Assembly (NCBI GenBank): GCA_963588905.1 | Contig: CAVAJF010000014.1 | Location: forward strand, 11,566 to 35,565 | Direction of reading: 5' to 3' | DNA from: Eggerthellaceae bacterium | GTDB lineage: Bacteria > Bacillota > Clostridia > Oscillospirales > Butyricicoccaceae | Length of the DNA stretch: 24,000 nucleotides | In this document: in pieces, positions 23,395 through 24,000 of the stretch | Numbering within the stretch: position 1 is the stretch's first letter | Layout of the letters: each line of letters opens with the position of its first letter | Made by a program: the position numbers and the translations under genes | Notes under the pieces: generated by a model | What the model was told of the DNA's origin: nothing | What the model saw: only the letters and a program-made list of their open reading frames with translations | Databases searched by the model: none

Positions 23395-24000
23395 TTAAAT
23401 ATCGTCATCACCGAAGTCATCCGCGTCAATGGAGACAGCGGCAGACCGTCTCTGCGGCGCTTCTTCCGGTGCCGGCGCATGTTCGTCTTCGTCCACGCTG
23501 ATAGCTCGTCCCGCGCGACGCTGTGCCATATGTGTCGCGCGCTCCTGCTTTGCCTTCTCGCGGCTCTCCTGAATCGCCTCACGAATCTTTGCTTCCAGCT
23601 CATCCGCAACATCCGGGTGTTCTGCCAGATACTTTTTGGCGTTGTCTCTGCCCTGGAAACGCTCTTCGTTGATGGTGAACCATGCGCCGCCCTTTTTAAT
23701 CAGATCATACTCCACGCCCAAGTCAATCAGCTCGCCGGTACGCGAAATGCCCTCGCCGTACATAATATCAAAATATGCCTCACGGAACGGAGGTGCCATC
23801 TTATTCTTGACAATCTTCGCTCTCGTATGGCTGCCGATAGCGCGGTCGCCTTCCTTGAGATATTCGACGCGGCGCACATCAATGCGGACGGACGAATAGA
23901 ACTTGAGTGCACGGCCGCCGGTCGTCACTTCCGGATTGCCGTACATGACACCAACCTTTTCACGCAGCTGGTTGATGAAAATCGCTACGCACTTGGACTT
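23395..24000 (-). CDS. recA: Recombinase RecA (C-terminal part; the gene continues beyond the window edge)
   Basis: [37 protein letters not shown]... is the canonical RecA core. It ends in a long acidic tail. Confidence 0.95.
   Translation of the reverse strand, partial: KSKCVAIFINQLREKVGVMYGNPEVTTGGRALKFYSSVRIDVRRVEYLKEGDRAIGSHTRAKIVKNKMAPPFREAYFDIMYGEGISRTGELIDLGVEYDLIKKGGAWFTINEERFQGRDNAKKYLAEHPDVADELEAKIREAIQESREKAKQERATHMAQRRAGRAISVDEDEHAPAPEEAPQRRSAAVSIDADDFGDDDI

Noticed and set aside
23395-23580. Unusually long C-terminal tail of RecA (about 55 aa after the core, ending [10 protein letters not shown])
   Set aside because: RecA tails vary in length and are acidic across Firmicutes. 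There is no evidence of a fusion or a separate domain.

Overview
This is chromosomal DNA from a Gram-positive, Clostridia-like organism (GGAGG-type ribosome-binding sites (RBSs), SLH/SH3b wall proteins, firmicute gene order); the species cannot be named from sequence alone. Most of the window is conserved housekeeping. On the minus strand, rpmG-secE-nusG-rplK-rplA-rplJ-rplL occupy 2317-5882 and recA(partial)-recX-rimO-pgsA-cysS occupy 19482-24000. On the plus strand, rpsF-ssb-rpsR occupy 16495-17584. Also present are ruvX, a DUF421/YetF membrane protein, a secreted M15 peptidase, a FUSC-like membrane protein and a 4xSH3b+3xSLH wall protein. Two accessory regions stand out. (1) 500-2240 lies directly downstream of rplL. 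It holds a self-contained 4-gene minus-strand operon (2-TM protein with a Cys tail, 2-TM miniprotein, intact JAMM/MPN metalloprotease, and a 59-aa Cys-rich ORF absent from the ORF track) with its own promoter and terminator. A divergent XRE regulator next to it has no canonical start codon. (2) 11652-16255 is a decayed 4.6-kb integrative islet at the 3' end of tRNA-Thr(CGU), bounded by perfect 53-bp direct repeats. It carries an RHH-antitoxin/putative PBECR-like nuclease toxin pair, a perfect 611-bp tandem duplication that created a truncated second toxin copy, a frameshifted and truncated tyrosine-integrase remnant, an HTH fragment, and an intact two-gene cassette. That cassette (XRE-HTH protein with an unknown ~190-aa C-terminal domain plus a 206-aa protein of unknown function) has a strong promoter, an embedded palindrome and an 11-bp repeat array. 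All functional calls come from reading motifs and families by eye. No database search or numerical computation was run.
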